From Octopus sinensis (taxonomy: Eukaryota), in the NCBI RefSeq assembly GCF_006345805.1, contig NC_043013.1, positions 27,714,001 through 27,778,000 of the forward strand: a stretch of DNA of 64,000 nt. The letters run 5' to 3'. Shown here one piece after another: positions 26,895 through 37,485 of this stretch. Made by a program: the position numbers and the translations under genes. The notes under the pieces were generated by a model that saw only the letters and a program-made list of their open reading frames with translations, ran no database searches and was not told the DNA's origin. Each line of letters opens with the position of its first letter. Position 1 is the first letter of the stretch.

Positions 26895-27090
26895 ATGTGT
26901 ATTATACATTATTTACATTGGACAGATAGATGTCCTCACCTTGTTTGTTGTTACCGTGTTTTGGTTGATGTACCTGCCAGCCTTCTTCAGGTGTCCTGCT
27001 GGAATTTCAAACCAAACTCTTTATTTGACCAATGAGGTACTCTGTTCTCATTTCTAAGGTACTTTTTGCTGATGCTATTACTATTATTCA
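26895..27090 (-). mobile_element. Family E copy, 5'-truncated and inverted relative to the 27092 copy
   Basis: Reverse complement of the family E body with core CUGAAGA; stem II/III degenerate. Confidence 0.7.
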
Positions 27091-27091
27091 A

Positions 27092-27375
27092 GCCCACGGG
27101 CATATAGCATAGTGGTTAAGAACATGAGCTAATAACTTCAAGATTCTGGTTCAATCTCAATCAATGACTTGAATAAATGATAATAATAACATCAGCAAAA
27201 AATACTTTAGGAATCAGATGAGAGGACTCTATTAGTCAAATAAAGGGTTGGGTTTGAAAATCCACCAGGACACCTGATGGAGAGTACATCAGCCAAAACA
27301 TTGTGGTAACAAACAAAGTGAGGACAAATATCCATCAATGTAAATAATGTACATAATTCCTCATCTCTAAAATAA
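27092..27375 (+). mobile_element. tRNA-headed SINE-like element (family E) with degenerate hammerhead body
   Basis: A-box-like TAGCATAGTGG (27105-27115), B-box-like GGTTCAATC (27148-27156), then the AAAAATACCTTAGGAATGAG...GACACCTGATG...GAGGACAAATATCC body shared with four other copies. Confidence 0.65.
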
Positions 27376-28268
27376 AGAAGAAAGTGTATTATGTATGATG
27401 TATGGATTCAAAGGATTAAGGCAGTAATAATATTAACTAAGGTAAGGACCTTAAAAACTAAGAAAGAAAAACCAAAGGAATTGGCATATATACTACATAA
27501 TGCTGAGTTACAATACATATTTTTCATAATATGAATAGTTATTTGTCTCTGAATTAAGCACAGGACCAGTAAGTGTAGCTACTTTATTTTATTGACTCCA
27601 GAGGGGTGAAAGGTAAAGTTGACCTTGGTAAGATTTGAACTCCGAAATGTAAAGAGCTGGAAGAAATACTGCAAAGAATTCTTTCCCATTGCTCTAACAA
27701 TGCTATGGTAATTCTTTCTTTTATTAAAATGATTTCTTTTGTAAAGTTAATGTTGAAAGCAGAGTATAATCAATAATGTCGACTTGCAGTACTTGACTGG
27801 CATTTTATCAATCCTACAAGGTCAATATGGAGCCAGAACTCTTGGCCTGCTAAAAATAACACCCAACTGTTCCTTGAAATTAACATTTAAAGAAAAAATG
27901 AAAATGCCTACATTTATATCATTCTAGATGCTTTATACTGTATTCAGAGAAAAGCAAATACAACAAAAAACAGAGGTGATCTTTTATCATATGTCTGCTT
28001 AATCAGGACTGACCTGGGTTTAAACAACAAAAACGTTTTTTTCTCAAACCAACAGAACCCCTCCTCTGTGTAATCTCATAACCAATTAGAAACAGCAGCC
28101 AAATCTCTATTTGGAATGCTATCCCAGTTATATTATGTGGGATATTCTGAGGAGGAATGCTTCTTGATCATAGGTTTACTCAGTAAAGACTGACCTTAGG
28201 CTAATCATGTTTTATATCTTAGCCAAATTATGGACTTGGTTTTCTTTTTTTGCAAGAACTGTCAACTG

Positions 28269-28785
28269 CCGTAAATCCTTGAGTATAATCCGCATTTTTT
28301 CCCCAAAATTTAATGGTCAAAATCCCTTGTGCGTACTATATACGAGGTTAAAAATGAAAATTGTTTTCTAAGCAATGTCCGAGTCTCTATTTGCTGTCTG
28401 GCAATGTTTATTCAGACGCATTTTGTGATGTCGGGCGCGAAAATACCTTAAGCTAAGCCTGAAATCATGAAGTCATAAAAGAATCATCCATAACTTGCAG
28501 TAAGCAACATTTATTAAACGTTATTACTGTTTCTACTGTTACTTCTTTATTTTCTGCAAACAAAATGCACAAAAAAGTTATACGTTTGCATTATGTTATA
28601 TATACAATAATAATAAAGGATGTTACCGTATACATTTTTACAAACCAAGGACATTATATAGACCTTGACTCAAGTTAGAGAAGGGGTGCGTATTATACAC
28701 AAGGTTTAGGTTTTTCAAAGGTACAGTCCCCTAAAAATCCCCTGCATATTATACTCAAGGGCGGACTATACTCGAGGATTTACGG
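28269..28785. mobile_element. Tc1/pogo-type MITE
   Basis: Terminal inverted repeats CCGTAAATCCTTGAGTATAATCCGC / GCGGACTATACTCGAGGATTTACGG; ends 85 bp before PPCS exon 4. Confidence 0.8.
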
Positions 28786-28870
28786 TGGTTCGTTTTTGTT
28801 TATCTGTTTTAATTCTCTTATGGTTATTGTGTTTATTTATGCATTTACTTTTCTTCTTTCCGGTACATAG

Positions 28871-29085
28871 TGCAAGGCAAGTATGAGGAGAAAATTAGCA
28901 AGATTTTACGCATCTATCAAAAGGTAACACATTCTGAAATGTTACTATCAGTAGATTTTACAACATTGAGTGAGTATTTGTATTTACTCCGCATAGCAGC
29001 TCTGGCATTAAAAACTCTCCAGCTCGATGCCATGCTCTATCTTGCAGCAGCCGTGTCTGACTTCTATATTCCCAAAGATCAAATG
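28871..29085 (+). CDS. PPCS: PPCS exon 4 (VQGKYEEK...FTTLSEYLYLL...YLAAAVSDFYIPKDQM)
   Basis: 215 nt, YLAAAVSDFY signature, donor ATG|GTATGG. Confidence 0.97.
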
Positions 29086-29338
29086 GTATGGATGCTGTTT
29101 TTTCTTATCTTTTATCTTCTCTTCAAATCTGATAATCTTCTTTGTTTAACTCTTTTGACACTAACCTGTCTATGACAATCACCTTGCATGTTGCTCTATG
29201 TATTTTGTCTGTGAGAAAAAAGAATTAGGTTCTTGTGACTGGAACATGTTTAATCACAGCTCTGGTCAGTCAGGGCTGATCAGGGACTAATCAACAACAA
29301 CGCTCAATAACACTTATAGCATCTTTTATTATCTACGT

Positions 29339-29577
29339 CAGGGGTTCTTGACCAGGGCCCACATAAGATTTCGTTGTTAAAATTTATTTGCAATAAATTG
29401 CTTATACTCCAGCTATACACAAAATATTTTATCAATTTTTAAAAAATACAATTTCTAATAATGTTTAATTATAAAAAATATAATAGGATTTTTTAAACAT
29501 TGACTGACTCTGGGAGTTCATCTGAGTAAAATAGGAACCAAAGGGGTCCACAGGTGAAAAATGGTTAAGAACCACTG
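29339..29577. mobile_element. hAT-type MITE
   Basis: Ends CAGGGGTTCTTGACC / GGTTAAGAACCACTG. An oppositely oriented, truncated copy lies at about 17978-18206. Confidence 0.75.
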
Positions 29578-30133
29578 ATTTAGATCAATCAGGGGCAATC
29601 AAAGTGCAGCCTGTGGGACTTTGTGAATGACATGCCTAAAAGTAAATTACCTTGAATTTGTTTTAGTAGTATGGCTCACCTGATAATGAGCCATCTCTCA
29701 CATGGTCTACTTCTTGAGAAAGGTTGCCCATCATCATCATCATCATCATCATCGTTTAACGTCCGCTTTCCATGCTAGCATGGGTTGGACGGTTCAACTG
29801 GGGTCTGGCAAGCCCGAAGGCTGCACCAGGCCATACATTATCTAAATTGATGTTGTTTAACCCCGGCCAGTCTTGGTTGATAGAGAAGATCTATGATAAA
29901 AAAAAAATTCAACCATAACCATATCATTTTTTTTCTTTATTTTTTCAGGCATTGTCTATTTAGGACTACATTATCCCAAATGTTCTTTTGCTTTTAAGTT
30001 ATTTGGCTATGATTTGAGGGAAATTATCTTGCTATTTCTAGGATGTTGATTGACCATTTAGAACCCCTCCCTCCCTTGAAATAATTTCTATATTGCTGCC
30101 ATGTTAACTGATATTTACTGTCTCCTTTTGTAG

Positions 30134-30253
30134 CCAGAACACAAAATCCAGTCCTCAAATGGCTCTCTACAATTATCTCTTCAATTGGTTCCTAAATTAT
30201 TGGAACCACTTGTCAAAGACTGGGCACCAGATGCTTTTATAATTTCTTTTAAG
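30134..30253 (+). CDS. PPCS: PPCS exon 5 (PEHKIQSSNGSLQLSLQLVPKLLEPLVKDWAPDAFIISFK)
   Basis: 120 nt, TTTTGTAG acceptor, AAG|GTCAGT donor, PEHKIQS and ISFK motifs. Confidence 0.97.
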
Positions 30254-31124
30254 GTCAGTAACATTTCATTATATTGCACATTCTCAATCAAAATACATAT
30301 ACTTGACTAGTGCGTCATCATCTAATGTCCATGTTCCATTCTGGCATGAACCTGGAACCTTGGGAACCTTCTTAGCTATTCAACTATTACTGTGTCCAGT
30401 GCAAAGCTAATGTGAAATAAATTTCCCTTTGAATAAGATGATAATCTGTGTGCATGCAGAGCCAGGCAAGTGAGATATGTTGAATTAAGATATACAACCT
30501 GACTTATACAGGTGGCAAACTGGCAGAGTTGTTAGAGTGTAGAACAAAATATCATGTGGTATTTGTTTGAGTTCACTGAATTCTGAGTTCAAATCCTGCA
30601 AAAGTCACCTTTACCTTTTCACCCTTCTTTTCTTCTTTCCACTTAATACCAAGTGACATAAGGCTTCCACTCTCTCTCTCTTTCTCTTCATGCTGTCCTT
30701 CAGTGGCTGTGATTCACAACTGCTTCCTTCTCTTTCTAGTTTAGCAACCTCTCCAAGGTGTTGTAGATTCTTCAGAGTGCTTAAAGTTTCTGTAATCAAA
30801 AGGTGGATTAGCCCAATGGCCAAACTTCAGCACTTGAAGTGGGGTGAGGGTGGGGTGATTTTCTCTCAGAGTTTCCTTCCCTTAGATGATCTCATGATCC
30901 CAGTGTTGCACATGCACACAAGCTCCATCTGTCTGCGATTCTAAATTGAAGGATGGGATTGAACTTGAGACTGTGTGGTTAACAATTCAAAGTAAACTTC
31001 TTAACCACAATGCATCTTCCGTCTTAAACGAAACGTTCTTTTTTTCCCTTTTTTTTGTCTTTCCATGTTATGGACTTTAATTTAAAGCAAATTCATAACA
31101 AAAATGACTTTTTGTTACTTTTAG

Positions 31125-31190
31125 TTAGAAACTAACAGAAGTTTGCTGATATCGAAATCAAAAGCAGCTCTAGAAAAATATCAACACCAG
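31125..31190 (+). CDS. PPCS: PPCS exon 6 (LETNRSLLISKSKAALEKYQHQ)
   Basis: 66 nt, completes the FKLET motif, donor CAG|GTAAGG. Confidence 0.95.
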
Positions 31191-31602
31191 GTAAGGAAAC
31201 AAAATATTTTCCTATATTGTTAGGGAAATTTTCAGGTGATACCTTTTTTTCAAAATTTGTTACCTTAAACTATTCACCATATTTTCTAGAATACAATTCA
31301 ATGTAGTACATAATGCAAATATGTAGCGTAAACACTCAAGTATCATCACTATCTTTCCAAACTCTGCTGCATTTCACTTGGAATTTTTGGTCTTCCAAAA
31401 TCATCTTGAGTATGTAAGTTTAACTACATTTTAGACTGTAAATGTTGGCCCATAAAATTTGACTTGTATGCTAGAAAATATGGTAATGATAGCTCAAGTT
31501 TAAAAGACTGTTACCTGAAAAGTGAGACCACTAACTCTCAATGTCAAGGCAAGTGTGGTAAAGTACCTCTAAAAATTACAAGCTCTTCATATATACACTA
31601 TA

Positions 31603-31818
31603 CAGGGTTGGCCAAAAGTTACCTGACAGTAAATCACAACCATTTAGTTTCAAGATTTATTCATGTTTAACAAGTGAATAAATTTAATAAAAGCACCTAA
31701 ATATGTTCAAACGGAAGTCCTTCTTGAGCGACACATTTTTCCATTCAAGTCAATACAGAATTACAAATATTATTTATGGAATTTTGATTTACGGTCAGTT
31801 GACTTTTGGCCAACTCTG
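31603..31818. mobile_element. Tc1-type MITE
   Basis: TA-flanked inverted ends CAGGGTTGGCCAAAAGTTA / TGACTTTTGGCCAACTCTG. Confidence 0.85.
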
Positions 31819-32142
31819 TATAAATAGAAATTAGGGACTTAGAGGAGATGGAGGATGATATGTATAATTCATCATATGTACAGTGTAAGTTTTATATATA
31901 ATTTTGGATAGATTTCAGCTGTAACTACTTTAAGCAGGGTTGACAGCAGGATGCTGTGAACAAATGGGTTATTGAGGTGTTGTCTGCGGATCTGCCTTTT
32001 TCTAAGAAATTTTAAAGTTAAATGTATTTGTGGGCCATTGAGCAGTCGGTGGATTCTTTTGAGCCACAATTTGTAATAATTTTTGCTTTCATAAACATTG
32101 CCAAAAATAGAAATGGAGGACTATATGGTGATATTTTAAATA

Positions 32143-32628
32143 CTAGGTTGAGGACAAAGTTCATGCACTATGTTAAAATAATTTCTTATGCAAAAATTTA
32201 TTCAAAAACAACAACTATTCTTCAAAATAAAGATCATCCTTTTCCATGACCTTCTGCCAATGATCTGCAAGCTTTCAGATTTGAATCGAAAGGTTCTTGG
32301 CAGGCTTCTTTAACTTCATTGAATGACTTTCATAAAGTGCTGCATTGATCAGAAGAGACCTTAGTCAGATGGAGCAACATCTGGACTATAGCCTGGATGC
32401 TGCAGAACTTCCACACTGTTCAGTTCTTTAATCTTGCTGCTGGTCTTTCTGGTGGTATGTGGCTTTGCATTGTCTTGTTGAAACAAAGTGCATTTTCGAC
32501 GAACAAGTCTTGGGGCACTTTTCAACCAGCGCATCATAAACTCAATCAACTTGCTTGCAGTAAACTTCAGCGTTGATGGTGCGACCATTTAGCACAAGTT
32601 CAGCTCACAAACGTTTTCCTCAACCTAA
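32143..32628 (-). mobile_element. Internally deleted mariner element
   Basis: TA-flanked TAGGTTGAGGA inverted ends; minus strand keeps QQDNAKPH and HPGYSPDVAPSD transposase motifs. Confidence 0.9.
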
Positions 32629-33572
32629 TATAAGATAATATATATAGAGTATGAGCAAATTTAAGAATAAATCAAAAGCTGGCTTATTTCAAAAAGGAGT
32701 TGCTGATCTCAGACTTAAGACATGGTTCAACTCAATAGCACTACCTGGTTAATATTTACAATGTGTTGGTGCCATATCAGACAAACTGCTTAGCAACATT
32801 TCTTTTGGCTCTTTTTGTTCCGAATTCATATTATATTATTCTGGTCAACTCTCACCCTTTCATGTTTGAAAAATAAAATACCAGTCTAGTACTGGAGCTG
32901 ACGTAATCAACTAATCCCTTAAACTAGTTGCTGGCATTGTGCCAAAACTTGAAGCAATACATGCAAGTATCAGTACTGCGTGAATATTTACCAGGTGGTG
33001 CTACTGAGTAAGCCTAGGCCAATTGTCTGTGTGTCTCTTTTCTGGCTACAGAAGAAAGTGAAATATCTTAAAGAACCAAAAACGAAAATGATTGTGGCAT
33101 GAGTTATGACTTAGAATTAGTGGATTCCCTGACATCTTTTAACTTCTTCTGTACTTTAATATGTTGTACTTTAAAATATATATCATGTCTATGAAAAACA
33201 TACCATATTTGCTCATGTGTAAGTTGCACTGTTTTTATTTTGATTTTAACTGAAAAAAGCTGGGATGCAATTTATACACATTGCAAACCTAAAACAGAAA
33301 GGAAAAGAATTTTGTACCAAAATTTAACACTAAATTATGAGTGCAACTTCTACATGAGAAAATTTGGTTAATAGCTGAAACCTCTTCATTTGGTAATGTT
33401 TACTTTCCCTTCATTCTTTCCTTTCACTGTATTCTTTTTTCAATCTGTTCCTTTTCCATTGTATCTTTCTACTCTGTTCCTCTCTATCTATTCCATATTT
33501 CTTTTTCTCTAATCTTTTTTCCTCTCTCTATTCTTTCAATAAATATCATTTTTATTTTCTATAATTTTCCAG

Positions 33573-33746
33573 TTAGTCATTGCCAACCTTCTTGAGACAA
33601 GGAAAGAAGAGGTAATTCTGGTTACCAAAGACTCCTCAAAACCAATCTTGCTGTCTGCCGAATGTCTTTCACAAGGAGTTGAAATAGAAGAGCTCATTAT
33701 CAAAGAGTTGATAACCATACATAACCACATGTTAAACCAAAAATAA
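33573..33746 (+). CDS. PPCS: PPCS exon 7, terminal (LVIANLLETRKEEVILVTKD...GVEIEELII...NQK*)
   Basis: 174 nt including TAA. The seven exons total 933 nt = 310 aa plus stop, the length expected for animal PPCS. Confidence 0.96.
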   Translation, partial: LVIANLLETRKEEVILVTKDSSKPILLSAECLSQGVEIEELIIKELITIHNHMLNQK

Positions 33747-36700
33747 TCCTTTATAGGGATGAGGGAGCGGGATTGGTTCGTCTGCAATCTGTTCTTCAAC
33801 ATTCTGCTACATTTCATTAGTTTGAAGAATGAAGTTTTGTAGAAACTGTGATTTTGTAATTCTGCTGTAAATTTTATTTTTCAAGTAGAATCTTATTACC
33901 ATGCATATGTATAATTTTTGCATGCTAGATCCGAATGACTGACTTGTGGAAGTGACTGAGATAAAGAAGCTAAAAGTAGTGTTAGTGTTGGCAGTGATGC
34001 CAGTAAAGAATTTGATGTATCAGAGCATAAGGAATTACCAAGGGCTAGACTTTGTTGTCAGGTTTTCTTTGGTATTATTTTCTTTGTGTGTATGTGTGTT
34101 TGTATGTATGCATGTTGATAAGTGTTTACAGGAATTGATGCTTGCATATAAAAACGTTGCACACAAATAGACTGTTCAATGCCTTGTTGAAATACAAGAA
34201 AAATTTAAGTTTGCCTCTGGGAAAGGTTGGCTGGGGTCTACAGTTTTAAAGGTGGACATAGGCATAGATTAGGGTATTAGTTTGTAGTTTGATGTTCTAA
34301 AAACTTCATTAACAACAGGGTCTTAACTGTGTGTAGAAGAAAAAAGTGAGCACATGTAGTCTGTAATAATGAGTGATGACAATGATGGCTCTCCTGTACC
34401 TGGAGGTCTTCCGACTAGTATCTCCCATCAAGGACTCCCATAGACCCAGGTTCATTGATCAGAGCAGAAAGAAATAATAATAATAATATTCAGGGACCTT
34501 TTGAGCAGGATGGGCTGCTCAACCTGAAGGAAATTCTAACAGGGCTCCATTTTCAAGGTCATACACTGTTTATCTTGATATGAAATCACCATGTCATGCA
34601 CATATGGTTGTGATGCATGTGCATGGTGTACTCTTATCAGATGGGTACGCATGATGGGCATACTGGGCTTCGTATATTTGTACCCCAGTGTCACTTTGAT
34701 GGCATGCATTGCTCTCACACTCAATAATAATAATTTTTTCTGATTTTGGCTCAAAGCCAGTAATTTTCTGAAGAGCGGAAAGTTGCCTACGTCAACCTTA
34801 GTGTTCAACTGGTATTTTATTTATTGACTTCAGAAGAATAAAAGCTAAAGGCAACCAGAATATAAAGAGCCAGAAATACCACTGAGCATTTTTGTCTTTG
34901 TACTGTAACAATACTGGCAACGCACCACCATAATATTAATACCTTGTCAAAAGGTACAACAATTTGACATGGAAGAGAAATGTATTGCAAAAACCAAATG
35001 GAGGGTAAGATAGCTGTAAGACATGTAAATCATTATTGTGTAGTCATTACAAACAGATAATGCTCAATAGATCCAGTGAGATCTGTGACATTGATAACAA
35101 GCTAGAGTTGATGGTGGGACAAATGTATTAGCATAGCTGTTTTGGCGAGCAGCTTTGTCTGTGAACTGATTGTATGCTCACTGGAATTAGTAGCTGTGTA
35201 GTATAATTAGTACTCGAGATGAGACTAACAGTAGTTTGTGTTGGTTGAAGTCTGAAGGTGATGGAATCTATCTACCATTGGTCTCTCTCTCTCTCTCTTT
35301 CAAGGCAGATTTTTTTTTTTTTTTTTTTCACCCAGTGTAGTAAATATGATGATGTATGGTAATGAGTTATACTCAGTGGATGTAGAGGATAAGAATGCAT
35401 AGGAATTGAGTATGGTCTGCTGACTTAACGTGAGTGTAAATGAGTTGAGAAAACAACCAAGCAGAAAATTCTTGGACTGGATAATTTTTAGAAGGCATAT
35501 CATTAATGTCATTAATTTTCAAGCAAAGCACTTGTAACTTTTTTTTTCCCTATTTGTCGTAAAATTAATCATTACATGCATCACCAGTCACAGTAGTACA
35601 GCTTTGGACTTGAAATGTCGATTGGACCAGATCTCCAGTTATGTTAAATATGTTAAACCTAATGCTGAGATGTGTTGAGTTAGTGTATACAACCTGACTT
35701 ATTTGCATTGGCTGAGTTGTTAAAGTATTGAACAAAATGTCATACTGTTTTTTGTTCACTGCATTCTAAGTTCGAACCTTGCCAAAGTTAATTTTACCAT
35801 TCATAGTTTCAGGGTCACAAAAATAAAGTGTCACCTCGGGACAGTGAAATATCAGAATTATTAAAGCATTAGATAAAATCCTTTGTTTGTTCTAGCTCTG
35901 CTTTAAGATCTTTTATTGTTAAACATGGCCAAGTCTATTGTGGATGATTTCATGGACAAAATCACAACTACTTTGCTATGTCATCCATCAGTCATCTGTC
36001 TGTTCAATAGAACTATAACACAGACTCATTCAGTATTGTCATTAGTGGTATCCAATTCTTTGATGTGTGATGCTTGTATGATCAGTTTTGAATTTTTCTA
36101 TTTATTTGTAGACAGTCCATAGCAGCAAAATACAATTTTCAAGCTGTGCTCAAACCTTTTGATGGATTTCAATCTCTAATACACAGAAACACAGATCACT
36201 GCCCTTCTATAGGGCAAACAGAAACCAGGGCAGTGTCTATCTGTTAACAACTTTATTGATGTGAATAATGCAATATTATTGTAAACATGTAAATTAATCA
36301 TGGTTCTCCTTTTGAAAACATCAACAGACTTTGTTATTATTAAAGCAATAACAACTTGATATTTCAAATTCAAAGCTGTACTATAGTGACTAGCGGGTAT
36401 GCAGTGCAGATAATTAATGATTGCCCTTGTACAACTTTAAGACAAACTGGTAAGACTTGTAAAGAAAGCCTACAATGCAATGCCATCTGTTAAGAAACAA
36501 ATGATGGTGGTGGTGGTTGTGGTTCACTTTTTCTACTTTAAAAAAAAAATATGTAATTTGTTGCAGAGTTTGATTCTTAAAAGACAATATTCATTTCATG
36601 TTTAAATAAGAGACCAATTCTTTTATAAGTTTTCCTTACGTTTAATGAGGTTAGCTATTTTTGCAAATTTGGATTCTTCAGATGAGTTGTTGGAATGTTC

Positions 36701-37109
36701 TTGTGCAGATTTTTGTAATGCTGATGACTTGATCAGAAAACGGAAACAGTAGCTGTCTTTGTAGCTAGTTTGATTAGTTAATCTATTTAATTAGAAATAC
36801 TTATACTGTGAGGAAAAGATAACACTAGTTCAACAACTTAATCAGTTCTTGTAGGAAAGATGGGAGACAACTCTAGGTATGTTTCAATATTATGAGATCT
36901 CAATAGGCCTTACTTTATTTGTTGAAATATTGGTCAGAAAATTACTAAGTAGATTAATAATATTACAAAGAAAAATACCCTATTTAAATACATATATGTC
37001 ATAGGTTGATAACCCAGAGATGCCATCCACTTGAAAAGCAATTGTTAGTGTTTCATTCTATATTTAACATATGTCTGTCTCCAGCCTACAGGCTCATTAT
37101 GGCAGAACT

Positions 37110-37485
37110 CTTCTCACTTTACATTATTTACATTTGACAGATACTTGTCCTCATCTTGTTTGTTGTTAACACAACGTTTCAGGTGATATACCCTCCAGCC
37201 TTCATCAGGTGTCTTGGGGAAATTTTGAACCTGGGCTCTCATTCCTAAGGTATTTTTCTATATTATTATTATTATCATTATTCATGTCACTACCTGGAAT
37301 CGAGCCTGGATCTGAATAATAATAATATAGAAAAATACCTTAGGAATGAGAACCCAGGTTCGGAATTTCTCCAAGACACCTGATGAAGGCTGGAGGTTAC
37401 ATCAGTCGAAACGTGTTAGCAACAAACAAGATGAGGACAAATATCCGTCAAATGTACATATTTTCTCATCTCTTAAATATAGAGC
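37110..37485. mobile_element. Inverted (divergent) pair of family E copies
   Basis: Minus copy about 37110-37310 (keeps B-box GGCTCGATTCC at 37306-37296) and plus copy about 37314-37485. Arms are near-perfect reverse complements over about 150 bp. Confidence 0.85.
37168..37213 (-). ncRNA. Minimal type I hammerhead ribozyme motif
   Basis: Minus strand reads GACAC CUGAUGA A GGCUG (10-nt loop) CACCU GAAAC GU U GUGUU. Conserved core, stem I GACAC/GUGUU, stem II with one mismatch, palindromic AACGUU at stem III. Confidence 0.7.

Noticed and set aside
33571-33576. Second AG four bases downstream of the PPCS exon 7 acceptor
   Set aside because: Use would frameshift the conserved C-terminus; nothing suggests it is used.
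36720-36760. CTGATGA...GAAAC spacing resembling a hammerhead
   Set aside because: No convincing stem I or stem II pairing.
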